A stretch of 64,000 bases of DNA from Burkholderiales bacterium (GTDB taxonomy: Bacteria; Pseudomonadota; Gammaproteobacteria; Burkholderiales; Burkholderiaceae_C), in the NCBI GenBank assembly GCA_038211805.1, contig JBBQVF010000007.1, positions 10,177-74,176 on the forward strand. The letters run 5' to 3'. How positions within the stretch are numbered: the stretch's first letter is position 1; the number at the start of each line of letters is the position of its first letter. The translations under genes were made by a program, and so were the position numbers. The notes under the pieces were generated by a model. The model searched no databases and had not been told where the DNA came from. It was given only the letters and a program-made list of their open reading frames with translations. Below are positions 30,372 through 38,549 of the stretch, in pieces.

Positions 30372-31379
30372 TCAGCCGAACTTGAGCACGCCGTCCTTGT
30401 CCCACAGCCCCCAGAAGGCGCCGACGTCGCCTTCGGCACCGACCTTCCAGGCTTCGTCGAAGGCCGCGAACCAGAAGACCTCGATGCCGTCGTCGGCCGC
30501 CCAGCGGCAGGTGTCGACGAAGTACTGCATCGCGCCTTCGCGCGACGGCACCGACCCGTGGAAGGCGCTGCCCTGGTCGGGCCAGCCGGTCTCGCTGATG
30601 ACCACGCGTTTGCCCGGTGCGGCGGCGCGCGTGCGCGCGACCATGGTCTGCATGTAGGCCAGCGCCTGCTCGCGCGGGCAGCCTTCCCAGAACGGATAAC
30701 AGTTGGTCAGCACCACGTCGCAGGCGGCGGTGACGCGCGGGTGCTTCTCGAACAGGTAATACGCATCGACATAGCCCACCGCCACACCGGGCAGCGCATC
30801 CTTCACGCGCTGGATGCAGGCAAGCAGCGCGTCCTCGCTCATGTCCTCGCGCAGCAGCACCTCATTGCCGACGGCCACGATGTCGGCGTGGCCAGCGCGC
30901 GCGACCGCGATCACGCCCTGCAGCTCGGCCTCGTTGATGGTCGCGTCGGTGCCCAGCCAGGCGCCCACCAGCGTCTTGAAGCCGAGTTCATGCGCGATGC
31001 GCGGCGTCTGCTCGTGGCCATCGGTACACGAGAAGCTGCGCACCCAGCCGGTGTGCGGCCGGATGATCTGCAGCCGCTCGCGGATCTGCGCCGCGCCGAT
31101 CTGGTCGCCGGGCTGCTGGCCTTCGAGGTAGGGGCTGAAACACAGGCCGTGCACGCCGCGCTGCAGCGTGGCGCTGAACTCGGCGGTCAGCGCGTCGCGC
31201 GTTTCTTGGGTCCAGACCTCGGGACCGACCTGGGCCCAGCGGCCATACTGCCCGGCACCAGCCTCGGGTCGGGCGCCGGAATGCACCGCTTGCACCGGCT
31301 GCAGGTACTCGCCCTGCGTGTGTGTCTGCGCCGCGGCCTGCGATGTGACGCTGTTCGGGGGGGATCCTGGTCGGGACAT
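30372..31379 (-). CDS. GH17 glycoside hydrolase, cytoplasmic (paralog of the MFS-fused domain)
   Basis: GLCFSPY, AVGNEVLLR, SETGWP and FDEAWK ... WGLWDK; start uncertain. Confidence 0.87.
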   Translation of the reverse strand: MSRPGSPPNSVTSQAAAQTHTQGEYLQPVQAVHSGARPEAGAGQYGRWAQVGPEVWTQETRDALTAEFSATLQRGVHGLCFSPYLEGQQPGDQIGAAQIRERLQIIRPHTGWVRSFSCTDGHEQTPRIAHELGFKTLVGAWLGTDATINEAELQGVIAVARAGHADIVAVGNEVLLREDMSEDALLACIQRVKDALPGVAVGYVDAYYLFEKHPRVTAACDVVLTNCYPFWEGCPREQALAYMQTMVARTRAAAPGKRVVISETGWPDQGSAFHGSVPSREGAMQYFVDTCRWAADDGIEVFWFAAFDEAWKVGAEGDVGAFWGLWDKDGVLKFG

Positions 31380-31390
31380 GGTGGGCTTTC

Positions 31391-32497
31391 TCAGCGCGGC
31401 TTGGCGCGGGTCTTGTTGGGTGGTGTGCCGGGTGGGGTGCCGGGTGGCGTGCCGGGTGGCATGTCGGGAGGCGTGTCGGGTGCGGCCTTGACCGGGCTGT
31501 TGGCCAGGGCCTTGGCCGGGGCCTTGCGAGGCCGCTTGGGCGCAGCCTCGGCGATTGGCGCGGGCTGCACCTGCCACGGCAACACGCCCTGGCCGATCGG
31601 CTTGGCAGGGCCGTAGCCGCCGACCTTGTCATAGACGCGCACGTAGTCGACCACCAGTTCGGCCGGAAACCGCGTCTGGTCGTTCGGCACGCCCGGGAAG
31701 TTGCCGCCCACGGCCACGTTCATCACCAGGTAGAAGGGCTGGTCGAAGGGCGCCGGCCAGGGGTTCAGGTCGGCTGGACTGCCCGGCTCCTGGCCGGCAC
31801 CGTCCAACAGCCGGCTGCAACTCCACCAGTGGTCGTAAGTGCAGGTCTGCACACCGTCGACGTAGAAGCGGATCTCGCCCGGCTCCCATTCCACGCCGTA
31901 GACATGCCAGTCGGACACCTGGCTGCCCCCGGGCAGCGGGTACACGGTGGTGATCAGCGAGCGCTTGGGAAAGCTGCTGCCGAAGTGGATGCTGTTGAGC
32001 ACCTCGTGCGGTTGCTCGCCGACGATCTCCATCAGGTCGATCTCGCCGCTGGCCGCCCAGCCGCCATAGGCATCGTCCACCGGCAGCATCCACAGTGCCG
32101 GCCACAGGCCCTTGCCCCAGGGCACCTGGGCCCGGAACTCGACCCGCCCGTAGTGGGTGGCGAACAACACCGTGCCGTCGCGCTTCTTGGTCTTCAGCCG
32201 GGCCGAGGTGTAGCCGCAGCCGTGCAGCGGCGCCTTCACCGCACGGATGCGCAGGCAGCTGTCGCGCACCGTGATGTTCTCGGGCTCGCGGGTGTAGTAC
32301 TGCAGTTCGTCGTTGCCCCAGCCGGCGACCCAGGCGTGGTTCTTGTAGTCGTAGAAGCCGTTGCCGAGGTCGAAGTCCCACTTGCCGGGGTCGACCGCAT
32401 CGCCATCGAATTCGTCATGCCAGACCAGTTTCCAGCCCGGTAGCTTCTTGGGTGCCGTCTTTGCCACTGCGTTCTTTCGCTTTGTGCAGCCCGTCAT
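31391..32497 (-). CDS. GH16 beta-glucanase without signal peptide
   Basis: LVWHDEF, GNDELQYY, WPALW and GEIDLME; Pro-rich TPPG-repeat tail. Confidence 0.9.
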   Translation of the reverse strand: MTGCTKRKNAVAKTAPKKLPGWKLVWHDEFDGDAVDPGKWDFDLGNGFYDYKNHAWVAGWGNDELQYYTREPENITVRDSCLRIRAVKAPLHGCGYTSARLKTKKRDGTVLFATHYGRVEFRAQVPWGKGLWPALWMLPVDDAYGGWAASGEIDLMEIVGEQPHEVLNSIHFGSSFPKRSLITTVYPLPGGSQVSDWHVYGVEWEPGEIRFYVDGVQTCTYDHWWSCSRLLDGAGQEPGSPADLNPWPAPFDQPFYLVMNVAVGGNFPGVPNDQTRFPAELVVDYVRVYDKVGGYGPAKPIGQGVLPWQVQPAPIAEAAPKRPRKAPAKALANSPVKAAPDTPPDMPPGTPPGTPPGTPPNKTRAKPR

Positions 32498-32611
32498 GCG
32501 GCCAATGTTGGGTCGGCATCAAAGGCCAGGGCGCAGCCCGCACCGGGCGCCGGCCCGACCTGCTGCCCGGCGTCGACACGGTGGTGGCCGTGCGGCGAAA
32601 CCCGGCGCATG

Positions 32612-33979
32612 TCAGAGGCCCGTCGCGGCCGGAGCCGCCGTCGGGCGGTCGGCGCGCTGGCGTTGCAGGAAGCGCTGGTACCAGCGTGCGCTGGCCTTGG
32701 GCGTGCGCTGCTGAGTGGTGTAGTCGACATGCACGATGCCGAAGCGCTTGGCATAGCCCGAGGCCCACTCGAAGTTGTCGAGCAGGCTCCACACCATGTA
32801 GCCGGCCATCGGCACGCCCTGGCCCAACGCCGCCCCCACCGCGGCGATGTGGCTGGCGATGAAGTCGGCGCGGTCGGCATCGTGCACCCGGCCGTCGACC
32901 CACTGGTCCTTGAACGCGCCGCCGTTCTCGGTGACGAAGATCGGCGGCACGGCGTAGTCGCGGTGCAGGCGCAGCAGCAGGTCGGTCAGGCCCTCGGGGT
33001 AGACCTCCCAACCCATGTCGGTGATCGGCAGCCCGCTGCGGTGCACGTCGAAAGGCGCACCGGCACTGACCACGCTGCGCGAGTAGTAGTTGATGCCGAG
33101 AAAGTCCATCGCCGTGCCGATCGCCGCCAGGTCGCCCGGTTCGATGCGGGGCGCATCGGCGCCCAGGTGGTCGATAACGTCTTGCGGGTAGCCGCGCTTG
33201 AACAGCGGGTCGAGGTACCAGCGCAGCAGCAGGCCGTCTTCCAGCACCGCGCGGGCAAGATCGGCCGGCGAATCGGTGGCCGGCTGCACCGGCGACAGGT
33301 TCAGCACGATGCCCAGCTGCGCCCGGCAACCAGCCGCGCGCAACGCCTGCAACGCCAGGCCGTGGCTCAGCAGCAGGTGGTGCGAGACCTGCATCGCCAG
33401 CGCCCGGCTGCGCAGGCCGGGTGCGAACACACCGTCCTCGTGGCCCAGCTTGGCGATCACCCAGGGCTCGTTGTGGGTGGTGATGGCGGCCAGCCGGTCG
33501 CCCAGCCGGCGGTGCATGCCCAGCGCGTAGTCGACAAAGTGCTGCACCGTGTTGCGCGACGCCCAGCCGCCCTGGTCCTGCAGCGCCTGTGGCAGGTCCC
33601 AGTGGTTGAGCGTCAGGTAGGGCTTGACGCCGCGGGCCAGCAGGCCGTCGACCAGGCGCTCGTAGAAGGCCAGACCGGCCTCGTTCCAGGCGCCGCTGCC
33701 CAGCGGCTGGACCCGTGGCCACGAGACCGAGAAGCGGTAGGCGTCGACGCCCAGCGAGGCGATCAGGTCAAGGTCGGCGTCGAGCCGGTGCACATGGTCG
33801 CAGGCGATGTCGCCGTTGCTGCCGTCGGCGATCACCCCAGGCTGGCGGCAGAACCGGTCCCAGATCGACTCGCCCTTGCCGCCGTCGTGGGCAGCGCCCT
33901 CGATCTGGAACGAACTGGTGGCCACGCCCCAGACGAAGTCGCGCGGGAATCGGGTGGTCGGTTCAATGGGCTGGTACAT
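32612..33979 (-). CDS. GH1 beta-glucosidase
   Basis: WGVATSSFQIEG, HNEPW, VTENG and WSLLDNFEW motifs. Confidence 0.95.
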   Translation of the reverse strand: MYQPIEPTTRFPRDFVWGVATSSFQIEGAAHDGGKGESIWDRFCRQPGVIADGSNGDIACDHVHRLDADLDLIASLGVDAYRFSVSWPRVQPLGSGAWNEAGLAFYERLVDGLLARGVKPYLTLNHWDLPQALQDQGGWASRNTVQHFVDYALGMHRRLGDRLAAITTHNEPWVIAKLGHEDGVFAPGLRSRALAMQVSHHLLLSHGLALQALRAAGCRAQLGIVLNLSPVQPATDSPADLARAVLEDGLLLRWYLDPLFKRGYPQDVIDHLGADAPRIEPGDLAAIGTAMDFLGINYYSRSVVSAGAPFDVHRSGLPITDMGWEVYPEGLTDLLLRLHRDYAVPPIFVTENGGAFKDQWVDGRVHDADRADFIASHIAAVGAALGQGVPMAGYMVWSLLDNFEWASGYAKRFGIVHVDYTTQQRTPKASARWYQRFLQRQRADRPTAAPAATGL

Positions 33980-34037
33980 GGTTTCGGAAGGCAGAAGCGG
34001 CAAGGGTGTGGCGAGTGGCCGGGCGTCGGTTGGCGGC

Positions 34038-34381
34038 CTACTTGACTGCGCTTGCCGTCAAGCCCGAGATCCGCGGCCGCGACGGCAGCCCGACCAGCAC
34101 CACCCGCTGCAGCAAGTTGCGCCAGAAGCTGCCCAGCTCGGCGCGGCCGCCCCTGCGGGCACACTCGGCAGGGGCTTTCGGGATCGACGAAGCGGAGAAC
34201 TGGCGCATCAGGAAGATGCCTGCGCGGTGGCGCTGCCGACTACGGGACAAGCTGCCGGCCAGGCAGCCGGACCGGCACACCAACCGGTACCCCAAGCGGC
34301 CTGGCCAACCAGCACGAGTGGCGCCAGCCGACGCGCCGGCGCGCCCTGCCCTGCCTCGATCGGTCGTTGCCCTGCCCGCAT
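34038..34381 (-). pseudogene. Collapsed relic of a carbohydrate ABC transporter (MalG-like permease fragments, possibly a binding-protein start)
   Basis: GIFLMRQF-x-ASSIPK...ARRGG-x-AELGSFWR resembles the EAA loop; the ending ISGLTASAVK* resembles a MalG-type C-terminus; orphan GGAGA RBS plus ATG at 34381. Confidence 0.7.
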
Positions 34382-34455
34382 GCTGGTCTCCGTGGTCTGC
34401 AACCGGTCGATGGCCAAGCCGTCGATCGCGGGTGTTAATCGAATGGGCGCCGTTC

Positions 34456-34500
34456 TGAAAGCGCTTTCAAACTATAGAAGCGCGGGGCAAGCGGTGTCAA
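34456..34500 (-). promoter_or_regulatory. Sigma70 promoter with LacI-type operator 4
   Basis: TTGACA(34495-34500)-18-TATAGT(34471-34476), immediately followed by TGAAAGCGCTTTCA (34456-34469). Confidence 0.88.
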
Positions 34501-34645
34501 TCCAGGGTAAGCGCGCAGGGCTGGCGCCCTCTCGCCGTGGCAGCCCGGCGTGCCAGCGGGCCGGCCGGGCTGCGGACCGGGCACGCCGGGTCGGCGTCAG
34601 CCGCCCCGGATTCAACCATGCCGGGTCGGCGTCAGCCGCCCAGAC

Positions 34646-35701
34646 TCAGCCGCGCAGGCGGCGGCTCGACTCGCGGGCGATCAGCCGCGGCGGCGGCACT
34701 TCCACCGTGGGCGCGGTGCCGGCCAGCAACTGCAGCATCGCGGTGGCGGCGAGACGGCCCATGTCGTAGGCGGGCTGGTGCACCGTGCTCAGCGGCGGGA
34801 TGGTGTAGAGCGAACTGGGCAGGTCGTCGAAGCCGACCAGCGACACATCCTCGGGCACCCGCAGCGACCGGCGGTGCAGCCCCAGCGCCGCACCCGAGGC
34901 CATCTGGTCGTTGGCGGCAAAGATGGCGGTGAAGCGCTGGCGGGTTTCCAGCAGCCGGTCGACCGCCAACAGACCACTGACCTCGTGGTACTCGCCGGGC
35001 ACCACCAGCGCCGGGTCGAAGACGAGACCGGCTTCTTCCAGCGCCTGGCGGTAGCCGCGCAGCCGGTCAGTGGCATCGGGGTGTTCGGCATCGCCGGCGA
35101 TAAAGGCGATGCGCCGGTGGCCCAGCTCGATCAGGTGCCGGGTGGCCAGCCGGCCGCCTTCGACATTGTCGAAGTTCAGTGCGAACAGGCCCGGCGCCTT
35201 CAACTGCCGGCCCGTCACCACCACCGGCAGGTGCTTGGCGCAGGCCTTCAGCGCCGCGTCGGTGAGGCGGCCGGTCAACACGATGATGCCGTCGACCCGG
35301 CGCGAGCGCAGCATGTCGATGCAGCGCGCCTCGGCGCTGGCATTCCAGTGGCCACTGACGAACAGCGGGCTGTAGCCGGCGGTGTCGAGTTGGTCTTCGA
35401 TGCCGCGCAGCGCGGCGCCGTAGAACGGGCTGTCGATCGCCTGGGTCACCACCCCCACGCTCAAGCTGCGGCCACCGGCCAGGCCGCGGGCGATCGGATT
35501 GGGCACGAAGCCCAGCCGGGCGATCGCGTCGTCGACCGCCTGCTTCTTGTCACTGCTGACCACGGCCGTGCCGTTGAGGATGCGCGACACCGTGCTGGGC
35601 GAGACGCCGGCGGCCAGGGCCACCATCTCCAGCGTCGCCGTGACCGATGCCCTGACGCTGGCGGGCTTGGGCGGTGCCGCGCCACTGGATCTGGTCTTCA
35701 T
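34646..35701 (-). CDS. LacI-family transcriptional regulator
   Basis: TLEMVALAAGVSPSTVSRILN HTH, AARGL-like hinge (IARGL) and PEDVSLVGFDD. Confidence 0.93.
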   Translation of the reverse strand: MKTRSSGAAPPKPASVRASVTATLEMVALAAGVSPSTVSRILNGTAVVSSDKKQAVDDAIARLGFVPNPIARGLAGGRSLSVGVVTQAIDSPFYGAALRGIEDQLDTAGYSPLFVSGHWNASAEARCIDMLRSRRVDGIIVLTGRLTDAALKACAKHLPVVVTGRQLKAPGLFALNFDNVEGGRLATRHLIELGHRRIAFIAGDAEHPDATDRLRGYRQALEEAGLVFDPALVVPGEYHEVSGLLAVDRLLETRQRFTAIFAANDQMASGAALGLHRRSLRVPEDVSLVGFDDLPSSLYTIPPLSTVHQPAYDMGRLAATAMLQLLAGTAPTVEVPPPRLIARESSRRLRG

Positions 35702-35766
35702 CGTCGGCCAATTGAATTCACACAACCAGTGTACGGGCGCACCGATGGCAGACCCTTGGCAATTCG

Positions 35767-35854
35767 ACGCTGCAACTGCGCCGCATCCACGCCGCATCGG
35801 CGCCGCAACTGCGCCGAATCTGCGCCGAATCCGCGCCGAGTCCGTGTCGAATGC
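35767..35854. repeat. Imperfect 11-bp tandem array (8 units)
   Basis: Consensus GCGCCGMATCY, in the divergent LacI/MFS intergenic region. Confidence 0.8.
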
Positions 35855-35909
35855 CGGCGCCCGGGCGACGGCCGGCCAGTGCGATGATGCGGCGCCCCGA
35901 GCTCCCGCC

Positions 35910-37061
35910 ATGCGCCCCTTCCCAAGCCTGACCCCGACCCAGCGGGTGTACAGCGCCTTCGCGCTGTATGCGATGGCGATCGGCGGCATCTTCCCGCGGC
36001 TGGGTGATCTGCAGCGTGCACTGGGCCTCGACGAGCGCACGCTGGGCCTGGCCCTGATCGGCACCGCCACCGGCACGCTGGTGTCGCTGACTTTCGCCAG
36101 CCGCTGGCTGCTGCGGCTGGGCCACCGGCGCGCGCTGCGGTGGCTGATCCCGGCCATCGCCGGCGTCTATGCGGCGGCGGCCTGGGCGCCCGGCGCCTGG
36201 GCGCTGTATGCACTGCTGGTGCCTGCCGGCTTGTGCATCGGCGCGGTCGAGATCGTCGTCAACCTCGAGGCCGACCGGGTTGAACACCAACTGGGCCGGC
36301 GCATCATGAGCCGCGCCCATGCGTTCTGGAGCATCGGCTTTTTTGCCGCCGGTCTGATCGGCGCGGCGCTGGCCCAGCTGGGTGTCGGCGTGCAAGCCCA
36401 CCTGGCCGCCATGGTGGTGTTGGTCACCGCGCTGACGACGCTGTTGCTGGCCGGCTTCCAGCCTGCCTTGCAGCGCCCCGACAGCCACGCCGGCGAGGCC
36501 CCGCAGTGGGCGCGCCCGACCCGCACCACGATGATGCTGGTGGCCGCCACGCTGGCCGTGATGGTGCTGGAAGGCGCCGGCGTCGAGTGGTCGGCGATCT
36601 ACATGCGCGACGTGTTCGGCGCCACGCCCTTCATGGCCGGGCTGGCGGTGGCCCTGGGCGCCGGCGCCCAGGCCCTGGCGCGGTGGTGGGCCGACAGCAT
36701 CGTCGAGCGCCACGGCCCGGTTCGCGTGGCGCGCTGGCTGCAGGGCCTGTTGGGCATCGGCGCACTGGGGGTGCTGCTGGCGCCCCACCCGGCGCTGGCA
36801 CTGGCCTCTTTCGTGCTGATGGGCCTGGGCACCAGCGCGGTCTTTCCGCTGGCGATGTCGGCCGCTGCCCAGGCCACCGACCGGCCGGCCGCGCTCAACG
36901 TGGCGGCGCTGGCGCAGACCGCGTTCCTGGCCTTCCTGGTCGGCCCGCCGCTGCTGGGCTGGGTGGCCACGGCCTGGGGCATCCGCTGGTCGTTCGGCAT
37001 CGCGCTGCCTTTGGTGCTGCTGGGCTGGTGGGCAGCGCGCGCGCTGGCACCCCGGCGCTGA
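35910..37061 (+). CDS. MFS transporter
   Basis: About 12 hydrophobic segments; IMSRAHAFWSIG, EG...WSAIY and FLVGPPLLG patterns. Confidence 0.85.
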   Translation: MRPFPSLTPTQRVYSAFALYAMAIGGIFPRLGDLQRALGLDERTLGLALIGTATGTLVSLTFASRWLLRLGHRRALRWLIPAIAGVYAAAAWAPGAWALYALLVPAGLCIGAVEIVVNLEADRVEHQLGRRIMSRAHAFWSIGFFAAGLIGAALAQLGVGVQAHLAAMVVLVTALTTLLLAGFQPALQRPDSHAGEAPQWARPTRTTMMLVAATLAVMVLEGAGVEWSAIYMRDVFGATPFMAGLAVALGAGAQALARWWADSIVERHGPVRVARWLQGLLGIGALGVLLAPHPALALASFVLMGLGTSAVFPLAMSAAAQATDRPAALNVAALAQTAFLAFLVGPPLLGWVATAWGIRWSFGIALPLVLLGWWAARALAPRR

Positions 37062-37112
37062 AACAGTCCAGCATCGACCGTTGCCCGCTGCCACCGCACT
37101 TTGAATCACGAC

Positions 37113-37445
37113 GCCACGACGGCCAAGCTGGGCCTGGCCGCCGCCTCGCTGCGCACGCTGGACCCTTGGCGCTGCAGTGCTACCAGTTCGGACTGGCCGC
37201 CTGGGGCGGCGATACCCGGCTGGCCAGCAACGACGGGCGGGTGCTGGCCCGCGACGGGTTGATGCCGGCATTGCGCCAGCGCCGGGCCAGGCTGTCGGCC
37301 GCCGAACCATGCCGCCGAACTGAGCCGCCGCTTCGAGGCCATCGGCCTGCTCCACGCCTCGAGCACCCGGCCGCAAGACTTGCTCGACGACCCGCACCTG
37401 CTGGCCACCGGCGGGCTGCCGCCGGGCCTGCCGCTGCCCGCCTGA
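37113..37445 (+). pseudogene. CaiB/BaiF (family III CoA-transferase) relic
   Basis: Fragments in different frames: TTAKLGLAAASLRTLDP; QFGLAAWGGDTRLASNDGRVLARDGLMPALR; LSRRFEAIGL...TRPQDLLDDPHLLATGGL. Confidence 0.65.
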
Positions 37446-37539
37446 AAGACCGCCTGAAAGACCGCCTGAATGATCACCTGAACGGACACCCAGGCCCGCC
37501 CCGGGCGGCCCAAGGCCCGGCTTGGGTGAAAATCCGGTG

Positions 37540-38160
37540 ATGGAAACCCCCGGCAACCTGATCGTCGTCGCCGCACCCAGCGGGGCCGGCAAGTCCAGCC
37601 TCGTCAAGGCGCTGCTCGAACTCGACTCGCACCTGGCGGTGTCGGTCTCGCACACCACCCGCCAGCCGCGCGGCCAGGAGCAGGACGGACGCGAGTACTG
37701 GTTCATCACCGAACCCGAGTTCCGACGCATGGCCGACCAGGGCGATTTCTTCGAATGGGCCGAGGTGCACGGCAATCTGTATGGCACCTCGCGCAGCGCG
37801 ATCGACGCCCGGCTCGCGCGCGGCGAGGACGTGGTGCTCGAGATCGACTGGCAGGGCGCACTGCAGATCAAGCAACTGTTCGCGCACGCGGTGCTGATCT
37901 TCATCCTGCCACCCAGCTGGGACGAACTGAGGCAACGCCTGAACCGCCGCGGCGAAGACCCGCCCGAGATCATCGCGCAGCGCATGGCGAACGCCCGCAA
38001 CGAGGTGGCACAGGCACGGCATTTCGACTTCGTTATAATCAACGGTTTATTCGAGACGGCCTTGTTCGACCTGAAGACCGTCGTGCACTCGCAGCGCTTG
38101 CGGTATGCGACGCAGATCCGCAACAAGACGCAGGTTTTCTCGGCGCTGAACCTTATTTAG
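37540..38160 (+). CDS. gmk: Guanylate kinase
   Basis: [25 protein letters not shown] and LEIDWQGA; upstream of rpoZ. Confidence 0.96.
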   Translation: METPGNLIVVAAPSGAGKSSLVKALLELDSHLAVSVSHTTRQPRGQEQDGREYWFITEPEFRRMADQGDFFEWAEVHGNLYGTSRSAIDARLARGEDVVLEIDWQGALQIKQLFAHAVLIFILPPSWDELRQRLNRRGEDPPEIIAQRMANARNEVAQARHFDFVIINGLFETALFDLKTVVHSQRLRYATQIRNKTQVFSALNLI

Positions 38161-38221
38161 GTCCGCGCCCGGATCACCCGAGTTCACCTGAACTGAATTC
38201 ACCCCAACAGAAGGCAAGCCC

Positions 38222-38425
38222 ATGGCCCGCATCACCGTCGAAGATTGCCTCATCAAGATCCCCAACCGCTTCCAGCTGGTGTTGGCCGCCACCTACCGGG
38301 CACGCATGCTGAGCCAGGGACACGCGCCCAAGATCGAGAGCAAGAACAAGCCCGGCGTGACCGCGCTGCGCGAGATCGCCGCCGGCGAAATCGGCATCGA
38401 GATGCTGCGGCGCGTGCCGCTTTGA
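38222..38425 (+). CDS. rpoZ: RNA polymerase omega subunit
   Basis: [10 protein letters not shown]...NRFQLVLAA...ALREIA. Confidence 0.97.
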   Translation: MARITVEDCLIKIPNRFQLVLAATYRARMLSQGHAPKIESKNKPGVTALREIAAGEIGIEMLRRVPL

Positions 38426-38464
38426 GTCCTGGTTACCGGCGCTGGCAAGCGCCCGTATCCAGCC

Positions 38465-38490
38465 AAGGGCGCCTGCGGGCGCCCTTTGTT
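38465..38490 (+). terminator. Terminator-like hairpin between rpoZ and spoT
   Basis: AAGGGCGCC-TGCG-GGCGCCCTT followed by TGTT. Confidence 0.6.
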
Positions 38491-38549
38491 ATTTCCCGGA
38501 CAGGCCTTCCATTGGTCAAGCATCCGGCCAAAGCAGGCTAAATTCGGGC

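Noticed and set aside
35499-36157. Apparent overlap of the long LacI (to 36157) and MFS (from 35499) ORFs
   Set aside because: Both are upstream over-extensions; the domain boundaries place the starts at about 35701 and 35910.
5770-37540. Glucan locus as a recently inserted mobile island
   Set aside because: No integrase, transposase, tRNA target or flanking direct repeats are visible, and composition looks like the flanking core genes.
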